This document shows positions 7,901 through 14,628 of a stretch of DNA of 19,602 nt, one piece after another. Within the stretch, counting starts at the first letter, position 1. Each line of letters begins with the position of its first letter. The position numbers were made by a program, and so were the translations under genes. The notes under the pieces were generated by a model, which worked only from the letters and a program-made list of their open reading frames with translations, did no database searches and had not been told where the DNA came from. The DNA comes from a virus (lineage: Duplodnaviria; Heunggongvirae; Uroviricota; Caudoviricetes), in IMG/VR virus record IMGVR_UViG_648276650_000010, positions 1 to 19,602 of that record; one strand, written 5' to 3'.

Positions 7901-8689
7901 AGCTTCTTTAAAACTATCAAGGTCGATTTTATCAATCTGAATTCCAAGACCGTATCTATCATTTGTTAGATAATCAACAATCTGACTCGGACCGTTGTTC
8001 GAGGAAACGCGTTCTCCTGTGTTCAGATCTGTAATCAAACGTCCTCTAACGTCAACAGATACTTGACTGTTAGGTTGCAGGATATCAGCTTGGTTTTGAA
8101 GGTCTGAGTTACGTTTGCGCATAACAACACAACAAGCAGCGATGTTATTACCAGTAGCAGAATCAGGCCAGCCAGCATCTGAATTTCCTAGATATTTCTG
8201 AGCAAGAGTAAAAACGTGACCGTATGGCTTACCAGTTGAGAATTCAACTTCAACATATTGCTGATATTCAGCAGCGATTGAACCTTTCGGAAGAACACCG
8301 TCTTTATAAACGCCATCAAGTAAGATTTTCTGATTATCCATATAAAGGTTTTTGAAGCTATCAACTTCACCTTCACAGATTGCAAAGATCTGAACCAAAT
8401 ATGTCGTATCAACGCCAACAGCTTTCCAAACGTTAATCGTACCTGTACGCTGTTCACCATAGATAATAGGAATAACACTTGATGGATCTGACGTTGTTCC
8501 TAATGTCGTTGCTGTGTCTGTGCTGTTAAATCGGGGAACGTTCTGCGCCATCTGAGTTGACATCAAAGCAGAAACAGCAGCAACAGCGACACCAATACCA
8601 ATTGCCAAAGCAAGAGCAGCACCCGCAGCGTAAGCAGCAGCAGCCGCGGAAGCACCTGCGATAATTGCACCAATAGCTACAATAGCCAT
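5000..8689 (-). CDS. lambda J-like tail tip / host specificity protein, 1229 aa, with hydrophobic N-terminal extension
   Basis: ATG at 8689-8687 overlaps the upstream stop (TAATG). The region PIIYGEQRTGTINVWK...YLVQIFAICEGEV matches the conserved N-terminal motif of J-type tip proteins; the C-terminal region (FMVADNRVYMDSAMIRNASIG..., NIRGNIQADSGYFAGEIRGG...) resembles the lambda J C-terminal receptor-binding region as I recall it. Confidence 0.75.
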   Translation of the reverse strand: MAIVAIGAIIAGASAAAAAYAAGAALALAIGIGVAVAAVSALMSTQMAQNVPRFNSTDTATTLGTTSDPSSVIPIIYGEQRTGTINVWKAVGVDTTYLVQIFAICEGEVDSFKNLYMDNQKILLDGVYKDGVLPKGSIAAEYQQYVEVEFSTGKPYGHVFTLAQKYLGNSDAGWPDSATGNNIAACCVVMRKRNSDLQNQADILQPNSQVSVDVRGRLITDLNTGERVSSNNGPSQIVDYLTNDRYGLGIQIDKIDLDSFKEAARYAKLNSLFSDGATDPNGSFKENLTQLAGAFNGIITETFGKVTCRIDGPDVVQYDFNEDNINAGTVSLNDGGSENYYNTLNVKYQDPSIDYSDQVLRYPSDVTNDGTIAKDKRIIAKDISYRFVKSKSQLDKIASIERNKSLLKQVISFSTADAYTAQVWDVIRVNFSELELVNSLWRITNIDRSMNKGAAGIVTITASEYIEEVYTNLDYAKDPDNTGSNIPNKSVLIAPKNLTVKAVAETALGRTLKVQWTSEPDYNRAGYYIQYSLAGKNSWIQAGFTSGDYFLIMSLDPNQKFDIRVCASGVVYRSDWVYVNNVNPEVMYNLPVVTGLHLVNAVENQYTTNKTQFEFAWDDQSAQKFYVDDTLQTFGEVFQYYEIKIEGQRPVIYKTKDLGFVYDFNMNLGNGLSRELKVSVTAYGHAGMKSDPAVITVKNNQAPAIQGFTASNGPGMLMCSWNDPRDNKPEVPDFKGTIVHIAKDQSFNEIVHVYSSSSPFLDNFPLEDGQFYVRSAWYDVFGQDQITWSESKFIDMKWDIPWTDDMKEQLNDLLDLDKRVDGAIDEALDLANKYTDTKVTASEQKVTTELNQTITTKNTELHTQITNETNGAINQAISIQESNFDGKLNSAITKVEKTQADDRQATASSINQLKAETNTAIATVSQESKASVDDLTGTINSKWAVQTNADGVVAGISMLANKNPDGSKQSSIVFNADKIAITNNNTPAGAVAPFMVADNRVYMDSAMIRNASIGSAQIADASINNAKIQNGAINNAKIENGAITTAKIGNAQIGSAQIAYEISSDNWFPSGGTQGWTIRKDGWASFQNVNIRGNIQADSGYFAGEIRGGSGYFTGTVYADRIEGDVIKMGHIDPWTTVHIPAVNWNRVISIPNLSISGRTYSGGAWGYGTAWINMSNGQEIVRTVTSAMSGSNGGTGIIYAGQAVDLSYGADLNHATAARAVYFISKQQ
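5514..5653 (-). repeat. intragenic tandem and direct repeats in the J-like gene
   Basis: Exact 20-nt direct repeat gcaatctgtgctgaaccgat at 5514-5533 and 5634-5653 (120 nt apart, in frame), with 30-nt-period near-repeats at 5561-5620 between them. Encodes a periodic motif (IGSAQIA ... NNAKIQNGAINNAKIENGAITTAKIGNAQ). Confidence 0.8.
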
Positions 8690-9105
8690 TATTTTCTCCT
8701 GTTAAAAATTAATTCAAAATTAAAATCGTTGACGTTTATCAGTTGATATTTATTTTCATGTTCAACTAATGCTCTATTATTAAAAACGATAGATGCAACG
8801 TAATAGACACGGTTTTTATGTTTTTTCTTAATTAAGATAACCGAGCCTGTTTCTATAGTTTCTGATTTCTCAAGATGCGTTTCACACGCTTCGAGAACGT
8901 TATTAAAACCAGTTAGCTCTTTGCAAATCTTGAGACCTTCAGGAATACTCGTGTATTTGTCTTTTAATTTGTCTGTGTATTCAGTAGCACAAACAAGGTC
9001 GATATATTCAGCAACAAGGATATTACAGTCGTTTTGACCGAAAACGTGTTGCTGATTGATATAGCGGTTAAGTAATTTTGATAAGTCAGCTTGAAATTTA
9101 AACAT
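8689..9105 (-). CDS. hypothetical Cys/His-containing protein, 138 aa, translationally coupled to the J-like gene
   Basis: ATG at 9105-9103 with a GAGGTGA SD; stop overlaps the J start. Motif GQNDCNILVAEY plus downstream His residues could fit a papain-like fold (speculative). Position suggests a tail tip assembly role. Confidence 0.5.
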   Translation of the reverse strand: MFKFQADLSKLLNRYINQQHVFGQNDCNILVAEYIDLVCATEYTDKLKDKYTSIPEGLKICKELTGFNNVLEACETHLEKSETIETGSVILIKKKHKNRVYYVASIVFNNRALVEHENKYQLINVNDFNFELIFNRRK

Positions 9106-9132
9106 GTTTCACCTCTGACTTTATTTAGAGCC

Positions 9133-9161
9133 AAAAAAAGACCCCTTGCGGAGTCTTTTTA
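9133..9161 (-). terminator. intrinsic terminator after the 158-aa gene
   Basis: On the minus strand: GACUCC-GCAA-GGGGUC (6-bp stem with one U-G wobble, GNRA loop) followed by seven U. Stem at 9140-9155, A-run at 9133-9139 on plus. Begins 7 nt after the stop at 9163. Confidence 0.7.
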
Positions 9162-9162
9162 A

Positions 9163-9639
9163 TTAATCACTTGATGTCAAATCAACAACACCAGAAACAA
9201 CAGGACCACCATCAACACTCAGTGTCATTGTCAGACCTTGAACTTCTGATTCACCGCCATTATGAACAGCGCTTGACAAGAAGCCGTTATAAACTTTTGC
9301 AACACCCAGTTTTTTAGTAGCATCAATCCAATAAACGATTTTAAACTGACCACGTTTACCATCTTCCGCAAGCTTAATCAGAACATCATGAACGCTTTCT
9401 GGAATATAGTTAACGGTCAAGTCGATATCAGGAACAGAGCCACGACCAACCAGTTTACGGGAGTATTTGTGAGAGAAGTTAGGAGCTGTAATAACTTCGC
9501 GTTCAATACCCGTAGAAGGGAATGCACCAGTTTCAGGAATTTCAACAAACTTTTCTGAATTCAGATCGGTGTTTGCAATTTCTGAGTTATAGAACACACT
9601 GACGTAAGAGCCAGCAAAAATATCAAATTTGTCTGCCAT
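9163..9639 (-). CDS. hypothetical acidic beta-rich protein, 158 aa, probable virion structural protein
   Basis: ATG at 9639-9637 with an AGGAAA SD; stop TAA at 9165-9163. No TM segment or signal peptide. Bracketed by terminator-like hairpins on both sides (stand-alone transcription unit). Fold and function not assignable from sequence alone. Confidence 0.55.
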   Translation of the reverse strand: MADKFDIFAGSYVSVFYNSEIANTDLNSEKFVEIPETGAFPSTGIEREVITAPNFSHKYSRKLVGRGSVPDIDLTVNYIPESVHDVLIKLAEDGKRGQFKIVYWIDATKKLGVAKVYNGFLSSAVHNGGESEVQGLTMTLSVDGGPVVSGVVDLTSSD

Positions 9640-9680
9640 TTTTAATTTCCTATTTGAGTTAATATAGTTTATTTAGCAAA

Positions 9681-9699
9681 GGGGATTTCTCCCCTTTTT
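9681..9699. terminator. terminator-like hairpin directly after the tail fiber stop
   Basis: GGGGA (9681-9685) pairs with TCCCC (9690-9694) around a 4-nt loop. On plus it is followed by TTTTT (9695-9699); on the minus strand only by UUU, so minus-strand termination is probably partial. Confidence 0.5.
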
Positions 9700-9700
9700 G

Positions 9701-12700
9701 TTATTTAGCTTCAAGTTCTTTAACGCGAGCACTTAATTCCTTGATAGCATTAACCAGCAACGCGTTTACAGCAGCAGAGTTAACACCAAGAATTTCGTCA
9801 GGTCCGAAAGAACTAACAGCTTCTGGTAATACTTCTTTCAGTTCTTGAGCAATAATACCTGCTTCACGAACTTCGAATGAATATTCAGTTTTGACTAAAT
9901 CAGATTTCTTATCGTATACGTAACCAGTAAGTTTCTCGACTTTATCAACTGCGTTTTCAATTTCTTCAAAGTTCGATTTCAGACGTTTATCAGAAGTGCT
10001 AACCCATTGGATCGCATTTGCTGTTCCATTACCGAGGAATAGATAGTCTGCACCACCAATGTGAAGTGCAGCCTCGGGAGCAGAACTACCCGGATTATAA
10101 ATGTCCATCGCAGCACCGTATTCTGTGCCCCAATGAACATGTTTCCAGATATTAATACATTTATCACGAGTCTGAGCTTCAACAATCATTCCCGCAGGAC
10201 GATCACGCCACGCTGACCACTGCGGCCAACCGTCAACGACACCTTGAATCATCGCATTGCTTGCCCCGGTTCTAACGTTTCCAACATAAACACCGCGAGA
10301 CTCATTATGGGTGTTAATCGTAATTGACCGATCAATTGTCAAACCAGCTGTGTTAAAGGTTGCGATTTGAATACCATTAGTAAAAATGCTTAAGTTTCCG
10401 TCCGTAACTTGTCGAATACCTGTATCGTTATCACCAAACGCGATTGAGTTTCCACCTAGTACGTTGTCCGTGTTAATACCAAAACTTGTTAAACGATTTG
10501 TTTCAACAGAAGGAGTATTAATTTTTCCAGGAACAGCAAAACGACCATCGATATCAAATTCATAATTAGCCATTTTACCGAACGTCGATTCTTCTTTCGT
10601 CCCAACACGAAGAATTCCTTTGCCCCATGAATTAGCTGGTCCTCTAATAGTTCCTAATTCAACAACAGTAGAGAATCCGTGTCCTACGGAAACAGAGTTC
10701 ATCGAATATCCGGGATAATAATCACTTTCACCAGCAACTGCTCCGAAGTTAATCTGCATAGGAGCATTTTGTCTCCATTGATTAGCGTAAGCATGATCAT
10801 TGGTTGCTGCCCATCTTGCACCATCAATTTGAATTGTATTATGCTGAATATCCATCGCGGTATTAGTACCAGTCTGAACCGTCACGGATCCGTTAGTTCT
10901 AAGAGTAACACCAGATGACGTAGAGAAATCATTTCTCATATTCTGAGACCAGACAATATCGAGATTCTCACTTGTCTTGCCAAGAATCCAGGTATTATTG
11001 CGACCGTCCATATTGCCAGACATATAACTTGCCTGATTCGACGCAGGAATATTCAACTGAATAGCATTAGATTCGCCGTTGACAGAAACACCACTTGCAA
11101 GATTCAATCGACCATTGGTGTTTAATGAACCCATCCAATATTCAGGAGTATCACCATGAAACCAACATATAGAGTTATCCAGCCTATCGTCAGGATGATT
11201 AGCCATTGCCAACTCATGATAAATGGATCCAGCACCAACGGCTCTAACTTTTCTTAAATGATTTGATTGTTGCTCAGGAGTGTTCCAGTCGGGTAAGCTT
11301 TCCGAGTCATACCATCCGTAAGGCTTATTATTATAAATCGTTTTATAGAAACTTGCAGGGCCAGCAACACCAAGACCTTCTTTAGTATCAATATAAGTTC
11401 TGCCTGAACCTCTCAGATAATGATTATATTTTCCACCATTAACTAATCCGAAATAAGTCGTGGCGTCACCAATGTTATTACCGTCGGTTGTCGTATCGAT
11501 ATTAATTAATGAATAACCTTCAGGAGCCATCAGATTCGAATCACCATCATCACTTCTGAAACGGAAATGAGTTTTTCTATTAAAGTAGTTTTCAGATCCT
11601 GCAATAGAAGCTGTTACAACGTTATTTGAATAGAAGTTTAACCATCCGTCTTCTCTCCATTTAAAACCAGTGTCGGAATCACCAATCGCGATAGAGTTTA
11701 AACCCAGTGAATTTCCAACGGCAAAGTTGCTTGCAACGGACATTAAAGGAGTTGTTACTGCATCAGTGATTCTAGCTTGACCTGAAATATCAATTGACAT
11801 TCCTCTGCCTGTTTTTCCCCAAGTCATGGTCATTAGATCTAATGCGTCGGTTCCTTCGTTAGCATCACGACGAAATAACAGTCGATCATCCGTATCCGTT
11901 GCGTATGCAATTTGATGAATAGTCTTTGAAGTTCTGCCGTGGTTTTCAATACTCAGAACATCACCGTTATTACCAGCAGGTGTAACTTTCAAAGTTCCTG
12001 CGTATACATTACCAGCAGCATGAACAGAAGGAACAGTTAAGTCGCCAGTCATCGTGTCGCCAGCTTTATTAACTTTGGTGTCAATCATGTCTTTCAGAGT
12101 CTGATTATCAACAGTCAAACGGTCATTAACTGCTTTAATCTTTTCGTCAGCATCAGCTTTATTCGCATCAACTTTCGTATTAATAGCCGTGTCGTTCTGG
12201 TCAACTTTTGAATTCAGATTATCAACGCGAGTGTTAATAGCAGCGTCGTTAGCATCAACTTTCTGTTCGAGTTTCGTCAGGTCAGCACTTGAACCTGTTT
12301 GAACTTTGCTGATTTCAGAATCAACGTAATCTTTACGCGTAGCGCTATCAGGAGCAACAGGAGCAGCAGGCAAAGATAACTGACCATTACCGTTAAGCAC
12401 GAAGTCAGAACTCTCTCCTGTACCTTTTCCTTTCGCTACCGTAACACGAAGTTCACCTTTAGAGTCTGTCTGAGCAGGAGAACTAATACGTGCTTTTGCT
12501 TTGTCGTGTTCATCAGCAAAAACAATATCGCTTTTATCAAGATTTTTTAAAGTCAGATTAGAATCGGATTCAATATCACTTGCTTTAATTTTTCCAGTAA
12601 AGGTCTGACCGCCTTCAACAACAGCATCAGCACCATTACCGATGTTAATAACAGCGTCACCGAATTTAGTAAAAATCTTTTTATCGGCTAAGTTAATAGC

Positions 12701-12784
12701 GATTTCACCATCAAGCATGTTTTTCGCTTCTGGCTTTCTTCCGGCGACGTCTGTTCTATAATGTTTAACTTTATTATTTGCCAT
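9701..12784 (-). CDS. tail fiber protein, 1027 aa, with C-terminal intramolecular chaperone (peptidase S74-type) domain
   Basis: ATG at 12784-12782. N-terminal fibrous repeats (VDxNDxAINTxVD) and a DTMTGDLTV motif typical of phage fibers. C-terminal WVSTS-DKRLKSNFEEIE...YVYDKK...EAGIIAQELKEVLPEAV...NAIKELSARVKELE matches the auto-cleaving chaperone domain seen in endosialidase-type tailspikes and L-shaped fibers. Confidence 0.8.
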   Translation of the reverse strand: MANNKVKHYRTDVAGRKPEAKNMLDGEIAINLADKKIFTKFGDAVINIGNGADAVVEGGQTFTGKIKASDIESDSNLTLKNLDKSDIVFADEHDKAKARISSPAQTDSKGELRVTVAKGKGTGESSDFVLNGNGQLSLPAAPVAPDSATRKDYVDSEISKVQTGSSADLTKLEQKVDANDAAINTRVDNLNSKVDQNDTAINTKVDANKADADEKIKAVNDRLTVDNQTLKDMIDTKVNKAGDTMTGDLTVPSVHAAGNVYAGTLKVTPAGNNGDVLSIENHGRTSKTIHQIAYATDTDDRLLFRRDANEGTDALDLMTMTWGKTGRGMSIDISGQARITDAVTTPLMSVASNFAVGNSLGLNSIAIGDSDTGFKWREDGWLNFYSNNVVTASIAGSENYFNRKTHFRFRSDDGDSNLMAPEGYSLINIDTTTDGNNIGDATTYFGLVNGGKYNHYLRGSGRTYIDTKEGLGVAGPASFYKTIYNNKPYGWYDSESLPDWNTPEQQSNHLRKVRAVGAGSIYHELAMANHPDDRLDNSICWFHGDTPEYWMGSLNTNGRLNLASGVSVNGESNAIQLNIPASNQASYMSGNMDGRNNTWILGKTSENLDIVWSQNMRNDFSTSSGVTLRTNGSVTVQTGTNTAMDIQHNTIQIDGARWAATNDHAYANQWRQNAPMQINFGAVAGESDYYPGYSMNSVSVGHGFSTVVELGTIRGPANSWGKGILRVGTKEESTFGKMANYEFDIDGRFAVPGKINTPSVETNRLTSFGINTDNVLGGNSIAFGDNDTGIRQVTDGNLSIFTNGIQIATFNTAGLTIDRSITINTHNESRGVYVGNVRTGASNAMIQGVVDGWPQWSAWRDRPAGMIVEAQTRDKCINIWKHVHWGTEYGAAMDIYNPGSSAPEAALHIGGADYLFLGNGTANAIQWVSTSDKRLKSNFEEIENAVDKVEKLTGYVYDKKSDLVKTEYSFEVREAGIIAQELKEVLPEAVSSFGPDEILGVNSAAVNALLVNAIKELSARVKELEAK

Positions 12785-12796
12785 TTTCTTTATCCG

Positions 12797-13822
12797 TTAA
12801 AATACTCCTGCGTCTAAGGTTTCTCCTAACGCTACACAATTAATCTCTAATGGCGTTGGTTTATTACTTGGAGAATAGACTTCTTTGCCTTTGACCTTGA
12901 CAGAAGTTGAGTTAATTTCATTACTATTTAGAGCCAAGATTTCACCTTGTGGCGCAGAAATCTTTTTACGAACGTTCAGATATTCCTGAATAGTCAAAGA
13001 TCCTTTGAGTTCTCCACCAGTAATAGGCAAAGCATTAATATCTTCAGGAGTTGGACGTTCAAGTTCTGTATAGACTTTGACCCACGGAGATTCAGTAACA
13101 GTTTCACCGCTTTGTTGTTTGTTTCTGATTCTGATGCTTGGATTACCGACTGACGAACCAATAAGCTCCCAACCTTGACCATCAGGATGCTGAATAGCCA
13201 TAGCAGACGTGCCAGAGTTATAAGGGTTATCGCTGTTTGTTGCATCGACTGTTACACATCTGTTACCAGTTAATAATCCTAAGTCTTTAACGCCTGCGAT
13301 TTCTTCTGTACCAGCACCAATACCATAATCGCCAACGTTTAACGGAACTGAGAATTCAGCAAAACCTGTAAACAACTGACCATCAGGAGAAAGATTAAAA
13401 GTTGTTGTAACGACTGAGTTAGCCGAACCTGATGTTTCTTTCTTCGTTACATAAGCATTAAAAATATGATAAAGACCAGCATCATTATCTTTCTTTGTTT
13501 CTCCATCGATAACATAAAGACTTCTGAATCTAAGGAGTTTCTTTTCCATAAGAGCTTCATCAAGCAACTGATAAACTGGGTCAGAACTGTCTTCAAATAA
13601 GCTTATTGAAGTGTCGTTAATTGTTACGTCACCTGAAAGTTTCGTTGTGAAATCGGTTCTGTAATCTTCTAGTGTCTGAACTTCTTTTCTAAATCCGATA
13701 ACAGGGAATGCAGCCAGTTTATCAGTGCTTACATAACCTGGGTCGTTATATCCTGGGATTTCAACGATTAGCGGATTAACTGAAACTCTGACGTTATTTC
13801 CTACAAAAATATCGTTTGTCAT
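12797..13822 (-). CDS. major tail protein, gpV-like, with C-terminal Ig-like extension, 341 aa
   Basis: ATG at 13822-13820; stop TAA at 12799-12797. Position is right after the gpU-like gene. The segment NDTSISLFEDSSDPVYQLLDEA...LLRFRSLYVIDG resembles the lambda V pattern [23 protein letters not shown]...AYKIRFPNG as I recall it; C-terminal ~100 aa is beta-rich and Ig-like. Confidence 0.6.
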   Translation of the reverse strand: MTNDIFVGNNVRVSVNPLIVEIPGYNDPGYVSTDKLAAFPVIGFRKEVQTLEDYRTDFTTKLSGDVTINDTSISLFEDSSDPVYQLLDEALMEKKLLRFRSLYVIDGETKKDNDAGLYHIFNAYVTKKETSGSANSVVTTTFNLSPDGQLFTGFAEFSVPLNVGDYGIGAGTEEIAGVKDLGLLTGNRCVTVDATNSDNPYNSGTSAMAIQHPDGQGWELIGSSVGNPSIRIRNKQQSGETVTESPWVKVYTELERPTPEDINALPITGGELKGSLTIQEYLNVRKKISAPQGEILALNSNEINSTSVKVKGKEVYSPSNKPTPLEINCVALGETLDAGVF

Positions 13823-13829
13823 TTTAGTC

Positions 13830-14228
13830 TCACATTAAGTATTCGAAAGTTAAAATTATTTGTGCGCTAACATGACCATTTGATGCTTCACTATCATAAT
13901 CAGTGAAGCTCGAACTTGGATAAATCTTATCGATTTTAAATGGGATAAGTTTTTCATGATTAGCTTTAATAGAAATTAAGTCGTAAACGGCTTTGTGAAC
14001 GCCTGTTTCGCTTTTCTCTGAGAAAATATCAATCGTAATACTAAGAACACTTGCAAGTTTCGATTGCAAACCGATTCGCGTATATTCTTCTGTCATTCCT
14101 GGAATCATTACTTGAACAGGTTCTTTAACACCAGTTGTGAAAGCGTTTTTGACGTATTTCAGATTAAGTTCTTTAACGATTATTTCTTCCAGAGCGCGTT
14201 TAATTCCTAAACGTGGCAGATTAGTCAT
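13830..14228 (-). CDS. tail terminator protein, gpU-like, 133 aa
   Basis: I place the start at the internal ATG at 14228-14226, which overlaps the upstream stop by 8 nt; the ORF-track start at 14306 would overlap the upstream gene by 86 nt. C-terminus DYDSEASNGHVSAQIILTFEYLM resembles the lambda gpU C-terminus (DY..DDAG..SADLTYVITYEM) as recalled. Confidence 0.6.
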   Translation of the reverse strand: MTNLPRLGIKRALEEIIVKELNLKYVKNAFTTGVKEPVQVMIPGMTEEYTRIGLQSKLASVLSITIDIFSEKSETGVHKAVYDLISIKANHEKLIPFKIDKIYPSSSFTDYDSEASNGHVSAQIILTFEYLM

Positions 14229-14517
14229 AGAATGATGTCTCCTGTTCGCCTTTAAATGCCAGATAACAATTAGCAAGTCCTGAACCATCATTAACAAGAT
14301 ACGCAATGGTATACAGAATCTCGTTTAATAGAACTTCATCTTCTTGCTTAACTTTATTGATATCAGCGGTTATATAGATTGTCTCGCTTACTTGTCCGTT
14401 ATCGTTGTTAATCTCAATTTCAACAATACCGAGTTCATCAGAATCGTTAATTTTGATTTTCTGTCCGAAACGAGTTAAGAAAGACTGTTTTTGTTTTTCT
14501 GAATATGGAAAAATCAT
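14221..14517 (-). CDS. head-tail joining (neck) protein, 98 aa
   Basis: ATG at 14517-14515 with an AAGGAGA SD; first gene after the capsid terminator. Small and acidic, in the position of a head completion/connector protein. No specific family assignable. Confidence 0.5.
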   Translation of the reverse strand: MIFPYSEKQKQSFLTRFGQKIKINDSDELGIVEIEINNDNGQVSETIYITADINKVKQEDEVLLNEILYTIAYLVNDGSGLANCYLAFKGEQETSFYD

Positions 14518-14552
14518 GTTGTCTCCTTTTTATTATATTTAGTCCAGAAACG

Positions 14553-14576
14553 AAAAAAGGACTCCCGAAGGAGTCC
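14553..14576 (-). terminator. strong intrinsic terminator after the major capsid gene
   Basis: On the minus strand: GGACUCC-UUCG-GGAGUCC (perfect 7-bp stem, UUCG tetraloop; stem 14559-14576) followed by UUUUUU (14553-14558 on plus). Lies about 50 nt downstream of the capsid stop. Confidence 0.85.
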
Positions 14577-14597
14577 TCTGATTATTCAGCAGTTTCA

Positions 14598-14627
14598 GCT
14601 TTCGCTTTCGCTTTTGCTTTTGCTTTT
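14598..14627. repeat. five tandem hexamers (GCTTTC x2, GCTTTT x3 on plus; AAAAGC/GAAAGC on the mRNA) immediately 3' of the capsid stop
   Basis: Read directly from the sequence. Starts 1 nt after the stop codon (14629-14631) and ends before the terminator hairpin. Confidence 0.8.
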
Positions 14628-14628
14628 C

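Noticed and set aside
9640-9680. Sigma70-type promoter upstream of the 158-aa gene (TTGCTA ... TATATT)
   Set aside because: The spacing between the candidate -35 and -10 hexamers is only about 7 nt, so it does not make a canonical promoter. The AT-rich motif is instead reported as a possible late-promoter-like element.
14229-14306. Upstream extension of the gpU-like ORF to the start at 14306 given in the ORF track
   Set aside because: It would overlap the preceding gene by 86 nt in another frame. The internal ATG at 14228 gives the usual short start/stop overlap and an N-terminus that fits the gpU-like pattern.
14598-14627. Possibility that the hexamer repeats are a CRISPR array or a diversity-generating retroelement repeat
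   Set aside because: Units are only 6 nt with no spacers, there are no cas genes, and no reverse transcriptase ORF is present in the window.
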